NCBI GenBank assembly: GCA_027483175.1
Contig: JAIXVE010000214.1
Coordinates: 23,893-87,892 of the forward strand
DNA: 64,000 nucleotides
Reading direction: 5' to 3'
Source: Verrucomicrobiaceae bacterium
Lineage (GTDB): Bacteria; Verrucomicrobiota; Verrucomicrobiia; Verrucomicrobiales; V1-33
Shown here: piece after piece, positions 1 through 8,238 of the stretch
Numbering within the stretch: the stretch's first letter is position 1
How the letters are laid out: every line of letters starts with the position of its first letter
Position numbers and translations under genes: made by a program
The notes under the pieces: generated by a model
The model's input: only the letters and a program-made list of their open reading frames with translations
Told to the model about the DNA's origin: nothing
The model's database searches: none

Positions 1-22
1 AAAACCATAAAATCCCTCGCTT

Positions 23-57
23 CCGATTAAGAATGTCTCAAAATAATCCTTAATCGG
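23..57. promoter_or_regulatory. Perfect 9-bp inverted repeat CCGATTAAG-N17-CTTAATCGG inside an AT-rich island (about 1-115) upstream of the haloperoxidase-like genes
   Basis: Read directly: ccgattaag at 23-31 and cttaatcgg at 49-57. The surrounding 115 nt is far more AT-rich than the rest of the window. Function (operator, or terminator of an off-window gene) is not determinable. Confidence 0.3.
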
Positions 58-129
58 CACAAATTATCAAGTAAGAATCTCAGAAGTTTTGAATTTTTCT
101 CAATTCCGAGAATCACCCGTCGCGCCCCA

Positions 130-163
130 CCCCAACTCCCCCAAACTCCCCCCCCAACTCCCT
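130..163 (+). repeat. C-rich triple direct repeat (CCCCAACTCCC / CCAAACTCCCC / CCCCAACTCCC) in the 5' region of the 238..2400 gene
   Basis: Read directly at 130-140, 141-151 and 153-163, about 75-108 nt upstream of the ATG at 238. Confidence 0.4.
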
Positions 164-237
164 CGCGTTTTTCATGGTTTCCCCACGCCCTCCACGCTAT
201 CCTGCTCCCAATCTCCGCCCCCCCAGCCCCGCGCGCC

Positions 238-2400
238 ATGAACTCTCTCCGCCTCCTCCCCCTCGGCACTCTCGCCCTCCTCACCCTCAACCCCTTACCA
301 GCCTCCGCCGCACCCTCCGCCGCTCGCGAATGGAACGAACAAACCCTCGCCGCCATCCGCCTCAACGTCCCTAACCCCCCAGCCCACGCCCGCAATCTCT
401 TCCACACCGCCGTCGCCATGTACAACGCATGGGCCGCCTACGACTCCACCGCCGTCGGCTACGTCACCAACGAAAAAGCATCCCCGCCCGCCGACCTCGC
501 CGCCGCCCGCCGCGAAGCCGTCAGCTACGCCGCCTACCGCGTCCTCCGCAGCCGCTTCGCCTCCGGCGCAGGCTCCACCACCACCCTCGCACGCCTCGAC
601 GCCAAACTCGCAGAAATGGGCTACTCCGTCGCCATCGGCCGCGCCGCCGTCACCACCAACCCCTCACCCGCTGAACTCGGCAAACGCGCCGGCCAGGCCA
701 TCCTCAACTGGGGCAACGCCGACGGCTTCAGCAACTCCGCCTACCCACAACCCTACACCTCCCTCGTCAATCCTAACCTCCTCCGCCCCATCAGCGTCCT
801 CGGCACCAACGGAGCTTTCCAGCCCAACATGGCCCTCGGCTACGGCATCCCCGAAGGCTCCGACCCCAATCTCTGGCAGCCGCTCGACCTCTCCACCAGC
901 ATCTCTCAGAACGGCATCCCCGAACCCGGCGGCACCCAGACCTTCGTCGGGGTCCAAAGCCTCGCCACCACCCCCTTCAGCCTCACCCGCTCCGATCCCC
1001 TCAAACCATGGATCGATCTCTTCGGCGGTCCATCACGCCTCAGCACCAACACGTCCCCCTCCGCCACCGACGCCGCCTACAAGGCCAACGCCATGGACGT
1101 CCTCCGCGCCAGCAGTAAGCTCAACGACCCCACTCTCATCGACATCTCCCCAGGAGCCATCGGCAATAACCCGCTCGGCTCAGACTCCGGCACCGGCTTC
1201 CCCACTAACCCAGTCACCGGCCAGCCCTACGCCCCTAACCGCATCACCCGCAGCGACTACGTCCGCGTCCTAGCCGAACACTGGGCCGATGGCCCTAACT
1301 CCGAAACCCCGCCCGGCCACTGGCACGTCATCGCCAACCGCGTCGCCGACGACCCTGCCTTCTCCAAACGTCTCCACGGCACCGGCCCAGTCCTCGATGA
1401 CCTCGAATGGGACGTCAAAATGTACTTCGCCGTCTCCGCAGCCACCCACGACGCCGCCTGCGCCGCATGGGCACTCAAACGCTACTACTCCGGCGCACGC
1501 CCCATCACCATGATCCGCTACATGGCCTCCCTCGGCCAGTCCAGCAATCCCAACCTCCCCTCCTATCACCCTCAGGGGCTCCCCCTCGAACCCGGCGTCT
1601 CCGAACTCATCACCGACGCCTCCACCGCCCCAGGCGGCAAACACGAGGAAATCTGGGACGTCCGCTTCAACACCTACCTCCCCGGCAACTTCTTCACCGG
1701 CCAGGTCGCCGTCTTCTCATGGCCCGGCGAACACCCGGACAACGCCCCAGCCCCAGCCATCGCCACCAACCTCAGCACCGTCCGCTGGATGCTCGGCCGC
1801 GACTGGCTCCCCTTCCAGCGCAAAACCTTCAACACCCCAGCCTTCCCTGGCTACATCTCCGGCCACAGCACCTTCTCCCGCGCCGCCGCAGAAGCCCTCG
1901 TCCTCCTCACCGGCAGCCCCTACTTCCCCGGCGGCTTCGGACGCTACACCATCCCCGCCGACTCCATGCAGATCGACCTCGGCCCCTCCACCAACGTCGA
2001 ACTCCAATGGTGCACCTACTACGACGCCGCCGACCAGGCCGGCCAATCCCGCCGCTGGGGCGGCATCCACCCCTACGAAGACGACTTCCACGGCCGCATC
2101 ACAGGTTCCCTCGCCGGAAAATCCGCCTTCACTCTCGCCGAGCAATACTGGTCAGGCACCATCGCCCAGGGCCCCATCACCCCACAACTCACCTACTCCC
2201 CAGGCGCTGTCCTCCTCACATGGAATTGCCTCCGCGGCGCATGGTACAAAATCCAGGCCAGCGCCGACCTCGCCTCGTGGTCCGATCTCTCCTCCCTCAC
2301 CCGCACCTACGACACCATGGGCTCCTACACCGACACCAACCCAGCCCCCGCAAAAAAGTACTACCGCGTCATCCGCTCTTTCCCCCAGTCTATGCCGTGA
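238..2400 (+). CDS. Secreted PAP2 / vanadium-dependent haloperoxidase-family protein (720 aa)
   Basis: ATG at 238 with a signal peptide (LLPLGTLALLTLNPLPASA). The full acid-phosphatase/V-haloperoxidase motif set is present in the translation: KRYYSGARP (KX6RP), PGYISGHS (PSGH) and SRRWGGIHPYED (SRX5HX3D). An extra C-terminal tail of about 70 aa reads ...ASADLASWSDL...KKYYRVIRS. Confidence 0.8.
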   Translation: MNSLRLLPLGTLALLTLNPLPASAAPSAAREWNEQTLAAIRLNVPNPPAHARNLFHTAVAMYNAWAAYDSTAVGYVTNEKASPPADLAAARREAVSYAAYRVLRSRFASGAGSTTTLARLDAKLAEMGYSVAIGRAAVTTNPSPAELGKRAGQAILNWGNADGFSNSAYPQPYTSLVNPNLLRPISVLGTNGAFQPNMALGYGIPEGSDPNLWQPLDLSTSISQNGIPEPGGTQTFVGVQSLATTPFSLTRSDPLKPWIDLFGGPSRLSTNTSPSATDAAYKANAMDVLRASSKLNDPTLIDISPGAIGNNPLGSDSGTGFPTNPVTGQPYAPNRITRSDYVRVLAEHWADGPNSETPPGHWHVIANRVADDPAFSKRLHGTGPVLDDLEWDVKMYFAVSAATHDAACAAWALKRYYSGARPITMIRYMASLGQSSNPNLPSYHPQGLPLEPGVSELITDASTAPGGKHEEIWDVRFNTYLPGNFFTGQVAVFSWPGEHPDNAPAPAIATNLSTVRWMLGRDWLPFQRKTFNTPAFPGYISGHSTFSRAAAEALVLLTGSPYFPGGFGRYTIPADSMQIDLGPSTNVELQWCTYYDAADQAGQSRRWGGIHPYEDDFHGRITGSLAGKSAFTLAEQYWSGTIAQGPITPQLTYSPGAVLLTWNCLRGAWYKIQASADLASWSDLSSLTRTYDTMGSYTDTNPAPAKKYYRVIRSFPQSMP

Positions 2401-2419
2401 ATTCGCCCCGCGCCTTCAC

Positions 2420-3937
2420 ATGACCTTAATTCGCCCGCTCGCCCTTCTCCTCTCCCTAGCCGCCCTCGCCGCTCCCCCCTCCCAAGCCGCCGACCCGGAC
2501 GCCGACGAGGGCCGCCCGCTCCACAAGTTCCTCCCCGTCGCCGACAAATCCTCAGTCTCCCTCGCCTACCAGTGGCTCGACATCTGCGAGGAAGCCGCCG
2601 CCCGCGACGTCGACCGCTCCGGCGCTCGCCCCACCATCCTCTCCCGCCAGATGGCCATCTGGGCCACCGCCGTCTACGACGCATGGGCCGCCTACGACGC
2701 CACCGCCGTCGGCACCCGTCTCGGCAATTCCCTCCGCCAACCCGCCGCCGCTCGCTCCAAAGCCAACAAGGAAGCCGCGATCAGCGCCGCCTCCCACCGC
2801 GCCCTCCTCTTCGTCTACCCGGACTCCAAAGCATTCCTCGACGCCGAAATGGTCCGTCTCGGCTTCAACCCTAACACTCCCACCACTCCCTCCGCCGACT
2901 CCCCAGCAGAAATCGGCCGCCGCGCCGCCGACGCCGTCATCGATTACCGCCGCCGCGACGGCTCTAACCAGGACGGCTCGGAAGCCGGCTCCAACGGCCA
3001 ACCCTACAGCGACTACACGTTCTACCAACCCATCAACCCGCCCGACCGCATCATCGACCCGGATCGCTGGCAACCCATCACCTTCACCAAACCAGACGGC
3101 TCCTCCATCACCCCCGGCTTCCTCACACCCCACTGGTACCGCGTCAAACCGTTCGCCCTCGAATCCAGCGCCCAGTTCCGCCCACCTCCCCCTCCCAAAA
3201 CCACCACCGCCCCAGACGAACTCAGAAAACAAACCGACGCAGTTCTCACCTACAACCGTCAGCTCGACCACCGCCAGAAAGCCATCGTCGAATTCATGCG
3301 CGACGGCCCACGCTCCACCGGCCAGAGCGGCCACTGGCTCCGCTTCGCCCAGGATGTCTCCCGCCGCGACCACCACGATCTCGACAAAGACGTCCAACTC
3401 TACTTCTGCGTCGCCAACGCCGCCTTCGACGCCTTCATCTCCTGCTGGGAAACCAAACGGGTCTACGACTCCTCCCGCCCGTGGACGCTCATCCACCACT
3501 TCTACAAGGACCAGCCCATCACCGGCTGGGCCGGCCCCAACGGCGGCACCCGCGAAATGAAAGGCCAGGACTGGCACCCCTATTCACCTCCCTCTTTCGT
3601 CACTCCTCCCTTCCCAGGCTACACCAGCGGCCACGCCACCGTCAGCGGAGCCTGCGCCAAAATCATGGAACTCTTCACCGGCTCCGATACCTACGGATTC
3701 GCCGAACGCCGCCGCCATTGCGAACTCACCGAGAAAATCCCCGGCGACCTCATCACGCTCGACCTCCCCACATGGAGCAGCACCGCAGAAATGGCCGCCC
3801 TCTCCCGCGCCCTCGGCGGCTACCACATCCCCATCGACAACGACGTCGGCCTCAAAGTCGGCCGCGAAATCGCCGTCTGGAGCTTCCCCAGATACAAGGC
3901 CTACTTCAACGGCTCAGCGTCCGTCAGACCCGAATGA
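2420..3937 (+). CDS. Secreted PAP2 / vanadium-dependent haloperoxidase-family protein, paralog of the upstream gene (505 aa)
   Basis: ATG at 2420, 19 nt after the previous stop, with signal peptide LALLLSLAALAAPPSQA. Motifs KRVYDSSRP, PGYTSGHA and SRALGGYHIPID are present. The N-terminal block (AIWATAVYDAWAAYD) is shared with the upstream protein (TAVAMYNAWAAYD). Confidence 0.8.
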   Translation: MTLIRPLALLLSLAALAAPPSQAADPDADEGRPLHKFLPVADKSSVSLAYQWLDICEEAAARDVDRSGARPTILSRQMAIWATAVYDAWAAYDATAVGTRLGNSLRQPAAARSKANKEAAISAASHRALLFVYPDSKAFLDAEMVRLGFNPNTPTTPSADSPAEIGRRAADAVIDYRRRDGSNQDGSEAGSNGQPYSDYTFYQPINPPDRIIDPDRWQPITFTKPDGSSITPGFLTPHWYRVKPFALESSAQFRPPPPPKTTTAPDELRKQTDAVLTYNRQLDHRQKAIVEFMRDGPRSTGQSGHWLRFAQDVSRRDHHDLDKDVQLYFCVANAAFDAFISCWETKRVYDSSRPWTLIHHFYKDQPITGWAGPNGGTREMKGQDWHPYSPPSFVTPPFPGYTSGHATVSGACAKIMELFTGSDTYGFAERRRHCELTEKIPGDLITLDLPTWSSTAEMAALSRALGGYHIPIDNDVGLKVGREIAVWSFPRYKAYFNGSASVRPE

Positions 3938-4019
3938 CGCTATCCCATGCCGGGTAATCGCCGGATTTGAACCACGGCACCCGAAGACCTCTCTCATCTT
4001 TGCGTCATTCACCTCCGAC

Positions 4020-4106
4020 CGGTGTCCCAACGGGACACCGTATACCAGCCCAGAGCAACGCTCTGGGTACCACACCGCCCGAGCCCGGCGTTCTGTAGGA
4101 ACGCTG
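4020..4106. repeat. Cluster of three consecutive short GC-rich stem-loops (REP-like element or terminator cluster) between the haloperoxidase-like genes and gdhA
   Basis: Read directly. Hairpin 1 is CGGTGTCCC-aac-GGGACACCG (4020-4040). Hairpin 2 is CCCAGAG-caacg-CTCTGGG (4049-4067). Hairpin 3 is GCGTTC-tgtag-GAACGC (4088-4104, extendable by a G-U and a C-G pair). None is followed by a T-tract. Confidence 0.4.
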
Positions 4107-4212
4107 CATACCCTTGGCGCCCCAACCGCTTTATCGTGGCACCGCCTCCATCAGACCCTGACTCCCTCGCTTCTCACGCAACCGCGTAACCCATCGGAGG
4201 CGTTCCTCTTGC

Positions 4213-5556
4213 ATGCCATCCCCCGATGCCGCTTCCTTCCTCCGCCACGTCGCCTCCCGTAACCCCGGCGAACCGGAATTCCTCCAGGCCGTCACCGAAG
4301 TCGTCGACTCCCTCTGGCCCTTCCTCGCCTCCCACCCCCAATACCTCGAAGAAGGCCTTCTCGAACGTCTCGTCGAACCAGACCGCGCCATCAGCTTCCG
4401 CGTCACATGGTCCGACGACTCCGGCAAAATCCACGTCAATCGCGGCTACCGCATCCAGCACAGCATGGCCATCGGCCCCTACAAGGGCGGCATCCGCTTC
4501 CACCCCTCCGTAAACCTCTCCATCCTCAAATTCCTCGCCTTCGAACAAACCTTCAAAAACGCCCTCACCACTCTCCCCATGGGCGGCGGTAAAGGCGGCT
4601 CGGACTTCGACCCCAAAGGCCGCTCCCGCGCCGAAATCATGCGCTTCTGCCAGGCCTTCGCCTCCGAACTCTTCCGCCACGTCGGCTCAGACACCGACGT
4701 CCCAGCCGGCGATATCGGCGTCGGCGCTCGCGAGGTCGGCTTCATGGCCGGCATGCACAAAAAACTCTCCAACCGCGCCGACTCCGTCTTCACAGGCAAA
4801 GGCCTCAGCTTCGGCGGCTCCCTCATCCGCCCCGAAGCCACCGGCTTCGGCCTCGTCTACTTCGCCGCCGCCATGCTCAACCACGCCGGCAAATCCCTCG
4901 AAGGCCTCCGCGTCTCCGTCTCCGGCGCAGGCAACGTCGCCCAGCACGCCATCAGCAAAGCCATGGCCCTCGGCGCTCGCGTCATCTCCGTCTCCGACTC
5001 CGGCGGCACCGCCTTCCTCGACTCAGGCTTCTCCCCCGATTCCCTCGCCCTCCTCATGGAAATCAAAAACCACGAGGCCGGCCGCATCAGCGACTTCGCC
5101 TCCCGCGCCGGCGCCCGCTTCCTCGCCAGCACCAACCCATGGTCCCTCCCCACCGACGTCGCCCTCCCCTGCGCCACCCAGAACGAACTCTCCGCCGCCG
5201 ACGCCGCCACCCTCATCCGCAATGGCGTCCTCTGCGTCGCTGAAGGCGCTAACATGCCCTGCACCCCCGACGCCGTTCACGCCTTCGCCGCCGCCCGCGT
5301 CCTCTACGCTCCAGGCAAAGCCAGCAACGCCGGCGGCGTCGCCACCTCCGGCCTCGAAATGAGCCAGAACGCCCTCCGCCTCTCATGGCCACGCGACGAA
5401 GTCGACGCCCGCCTCCACGCCATCATGCAATCCATCCACGCCGCCTGTCTCCTCCACGGCACACGCCCCGACGGCTCCGTCAGCTACTCCGACGGAGCCA
5501 ACATCGCCGGCTTCATCAAAGTCGCCGACGCCATGCTCGCCCAGGGCCTCGTGTAG
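4213..5556 (+). CDS. gdhA: NADP-specific glutamate dehydrogenase
   Basis: 447 aa with end-to-end resemblance to hexameric GDH. It carries the GGGKGGSDFDPKG motif and the Rossmann segment VSVSGAGNVAQHA. Confidence 0.95.
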   Translation: MPSPDAASFLRHVASRNPGEPEFLQAVTEVVDSLWPFLASHPQYLEEGLLERLVEPDRAISFRVTWSDDSGKIHVNRGYRIQHSMAIGPYKGGIRFHPSVNLSILKFLAFEQTFKNALTTLPMGGGKGGSDFDPKGRSRAEIMRFCQAFASELFRHVGSDTDVPAGDIGVGAREVGFMAGMHKKLSNRADSVFTGKGLSFGGSLIRPEATGFGLVYFAAAMLNHAGKSLEGLRVSVSGAGNVAQHAISKAMALGARVISVSDSGGTAFLDSGFSPDSLALLMEIKNHEAGRISDFASRAGARFLASTNPWSLPTDVALPCATQNELSAADAATLIRNGVLCVAEGANMPCTPDAVHAFAAARVLYAPGKASNAGGVATSGLEMSQNALRLSWPRDEVDARLHAIMQSIHAACLLHGTRPDGSVSYSDGANIAGFIKVADAMLAQGLV

Positions 5557-5620
5557 TCCGCCGCACACTTCCCGCTCGGCATTCCCTATCCTTCAGCTGC
5601 ATCCCCGCTAGCAACCCGCC

Positions 5621-8116
5621 TCACTTCGCCGCCAGCGGCGCAGGCCTCAGCAGATACGTCATCAGGTCCCGCAGCTCCTCAGGCGTCAGCACCTTGTCCA
5701 GCCCCGCCGGCATCAGCGACGCCGTCAGCGGCTCCGACTTCACCACCGTCTCCTTCGCAATCTCCACCACCACACCACCCGGCTGCGCAATCTTCAGCAC
5801 CTTCTCCGTCTCCCCCACACGAGTCCCCGTCACCGCCGTGCCGTCCTTGCGCGTCACCGTATAACCAATCGCATCCGGATTGATCGCCGCACTCGGCTCC
5901 ATGATGTCCTTCAGCACACTGGCATAATCCCGGTGCATCACATTGCCGAGATCCGGCCCCACCTGCTGCCCCTCGCCGCGCAACTGATGACACGTCGCAC
6001 ACGCCGCCTTGCCGACAAATAAATCGTGCCCGGCCCGCCAGTTCCCGCCCGCCAGCTCCGGCACCTCGCGCGGCCCGCCCGGCGGCGGCGGCGGAGTCGC
6101 AAACGGCATCAGAAACCTCTGGGTCCCCAGCACGCGGCGATGCCCATCCCGCGTCGTCGTGAACGCCACGTCCAGCCTCTTCGCCGGCGTCGCCAGCGTC
6201 AGCGTCGCCGGTAGCCACCGGTCCTGCGGCGTCGCCGTCACCGTCAGCCGCGATTCCCTCTCACTGACACGTTCCACCTTACCACCCGCCACCGTCAGCT
6301 CCAGCCCCGCATCCGCCGCAAATGTCACCGTCACACTTTCCGGCGCTGGTGTGTAATCCAACGTCGAAATCACCTGCGTCACCGGAATCAGCATCTGCCA
6401 GAGATCCAGCTGCGTCCGCATCGTCAGCACACCCGCCTCACCCGCACGCTTCCACAACTCCCCATGACTAGCAGACCCCGTCGTCAGCGCCCGCGCCGCC
6501 GTCAGATCCGGATGCGGCAGCCAACCCCGCCATTCACCACCATCCGCCCCGCGCCACGTCGTTTCCACCCCGCTCAAATCATGCGCCAGATCCACCGCCC
6601 GCTCACCCTCGCGAAAACTCAGCGCATACCGCACCGCCGCCTGCCGCGGATCCGTCGTCACCACCACACTGTTCCCGTCCACGCCCGGCTTCGCCCCCTT
6701 CACCGCCACCGCCACGTTCGGTTCATCCTGCTGGCGCTTCACCACTTCATACCCCGGCCGGAATTGCTCCAATCGATCCGCCGCATCCGCATGCCGACCC
6801 GCCTCAGCCGTCACCTGCCCCACCAGCGGCCACGCCCCCGCCTCCACCTTCCGGTCAAACACCACCGTCGTCTCCGTCGGACTCGTCGGCCACGCCAACA
6901 CCGGCTGCGGCACGTCGCGCCCCGTATAACTGATCTTGAAAACCCTTCCCTCCCCCTTCGGCCCATTGCCCCAATCCGGCGCGCCACTGTGACAGCAGAC
7001 CACCAGATCACCCTCCGGCGACACCGCCACATCCACCGGCATCATCCCCAATCGCGCAATCAGCTCCGACCGCGCCACATACCCGGCCGCCGTCTTCACT
7101 AACGCCGTACGCCACAGCCTCCCGCGAGCCTCACCAGTCACCAGCGCATCCCCCGCCCAGAACTCCGGCCCGAACCTCCCCCGTCCCGCCGCAGGCCCGT
7201 TGAACCGGAACCCGCACGTGCTCTGATGCTGCGGCGAGTAATTCCACACGCTCGGTTCATCCACCACCTCCGGCAGCCATTTGGGATGATGCGGCGGAAA
7301 TCCATAATGCCGTCCCGTCTCGATGTGCAGCAGTTCATCAAACGGATTCCCGTTAGGCACCCACGTCGCACCCTCCTGATCCGTCCCGAACAGATCGCCC
7401 TGCGCATTCCACTGGAGCGACATGATATAACGCAACCCGGTCGCCAGTTGCTCCACCCGGCCGTCCGCATGAATCTTCAGCAGGCATCCCCTGCGCTTTG
7501 CCGTCCCGTAATGCGCCCCCGCCGCGTCCGTCCAGTACGCATTGGCCGGCGCCGAATTCCCCATCGTGATGTAAATTGATCCCTCCGGCCCGTGCGCAAT
7601 CGCCATCGAGCTGTCCACCCGCCGGTGCACCAGATAGGACGCATTCACCAGCTCCGGATCATCAAACCCCTTCACCACCGTCTCCCGACGCTCGGGAATC
7701 CCGTCCCCATCCATGTCGCGGAACCTCACCACCTCATCCGTCAGCACCGCATACGGCTCACCATCCCTGATCGCCATCCCTAGCGGATAATTCTCACTCG
7801 TCTCCGCCACGAAGGTATCCACCCGTTCCTCAACACCGTCGCGATCCCCGTCGCGCAGCAGATGAAACCGCCCGTCGTAGCCCGCCGCATATAGTCTGCC
7901 ATCCGCCGCATACTCCACGTTGTTCAGATTCGTCAGCCCCACCGGCAACTCCCGCACCCTGAACCCCGGCACCAGCATCGCAATCCCCGCCCCCTGCGGC
8001 GTCACCGGAAACGGCGGCTCCGGTTGCTTGTCAGGCACCGGCGGAATGAACGGCTCGGTCGCCAGCAGCGCACTGGCAGCAGTCAGCATCAGAATCAAGG
8101 TGGTCGGACGGATCAT
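5621..8116 (-). CDS. PVC-type beta-propeller (glucose/sorbosone-dehydrogenase-like) protein with a C-terminal c-type heme-binding domain (831 aa)
   Basis: Signal peptide MIRPTTLILMLTAASALLA. The N-terminal half has propeller-like repeats (DGRLYAA, HGPEGSIYIT, GRHYGFP). The C-terminus has CATCH (CxxCH) followed by GPDLGNV. The architecture matches the PVC-specific membrane-bound-dehydrogenase-domain + heme-binding-domain proteins I know. Confidence 0.75.
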   Translation of the reverse strand: MIRPTTLILMLTAASALLATEPFIPPVPDKQPEPPFPVTPQGAGIAMLVPGFRVRELPVGLTNLNNVEYAADGRLYAAGYDGRFHLLRDGDRDGVEERVDTFVAETSENYPLGMAIRDGEPYAVLTDEVVRFRDMDGDGIPERRETVVKGFDDPELVNASYLVHRRVDSSMAIAHGPEGSIYITMGNSAPANAYWTDAAGAHYGTAKRRGCLLKIHADGRVEQLATGLRYIMSLQWNAQGDLFGTDQEGATWVPNGNPFDELLHIETGRHYGFPPHHPKWLPEVVDEPSVWNYSPQHQSTCGFRFNGPAAGRGRFGPEFWAGDALVTGEARGRLWRTALVKTAAGYVARSELIARLGMMPVDVAVSPEGDLVVCCHSGAPDWGNGPKGEGRVFKISYTGRDVPQPVLAWPTSPTETTVVFDRKVEAGAWPLVGQVTAEAGRHADAADRLEQFRPGYEVVKRQQDEPNVAVAVKGAKPGVDGNSVVVTTDPRQAAVRYALSFREGERAVDLAHDLSGVETTWRGADGGEWRGWLPHPDLTAARALTTGSASHGELWKRAGEAGVLTMRTQLDLWQMLIPVTQVISTLDYTPAPESVTVTFAADAGLELTVAGGKVERVSERESRLTVTATPQDRWLPATLTLATPAKRLDVAFTTTRDGHRRVLGTQRFLMPFATPPPPPGGPREVPELAGGNWRAGHDLFVGKAACATCHQLRGEGQQVGPDLGNVMHRDYASVLKDIMEPSAAINPDAIGYTVTRKDGTAVTGTRVGETEKVLKIAQPGGVVVEIAKETVVKSEPLTASLMPAGLDKVLTPEELRDLMTYLLRPAPLAAK

Positions 8117-8169
8117 GGTTTTATGCCCCCAGCCTTCCGCACAGTTCCGCTCCCGGGAAGGCCTTTTTC

Positions 8170-8207
8170 ACGGTCCCCGAAAACGCGCAGGGGCGCAGTG
8201 CCTCCGC
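8170..8207 (-). terminator. Rho-independent terminator after the anti-sigma/VWA gene
   Basis: A perfect 12-bp stem GGGGCGCAGTGC-ctcc-GCACTGCGCCCC lies at 8180-8207, 31 nt past the stop at 8239. On the minus strand it is followed by tgcgcgTTTT. Confidence 0.7.
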
Positions 8208-8238
8208 ACTGCGCCCCCGAATCATCCTTCTGCCCCGC

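Noticed and set aside
1407-2423. 338-aa plus-strand ORF overlapping the first haloperoxidase-like gene in another frame
   Set aside because: The Arg/Pro/His-rich translation has no motifs. The +1-frame gene 238..2400 carries the complete PAP2 motif set and a signal peptide.
3961-3985. GGTTCAAATCCGG (minus strand), resembling a tRNA T-arm/T-loop
   Set aside because: The flanking bases do not form a T-stem (CGTGG vs CCGGC). No acceptor, D or anticodon arms can be drawn, so it is not a tRNA or tmRNA.
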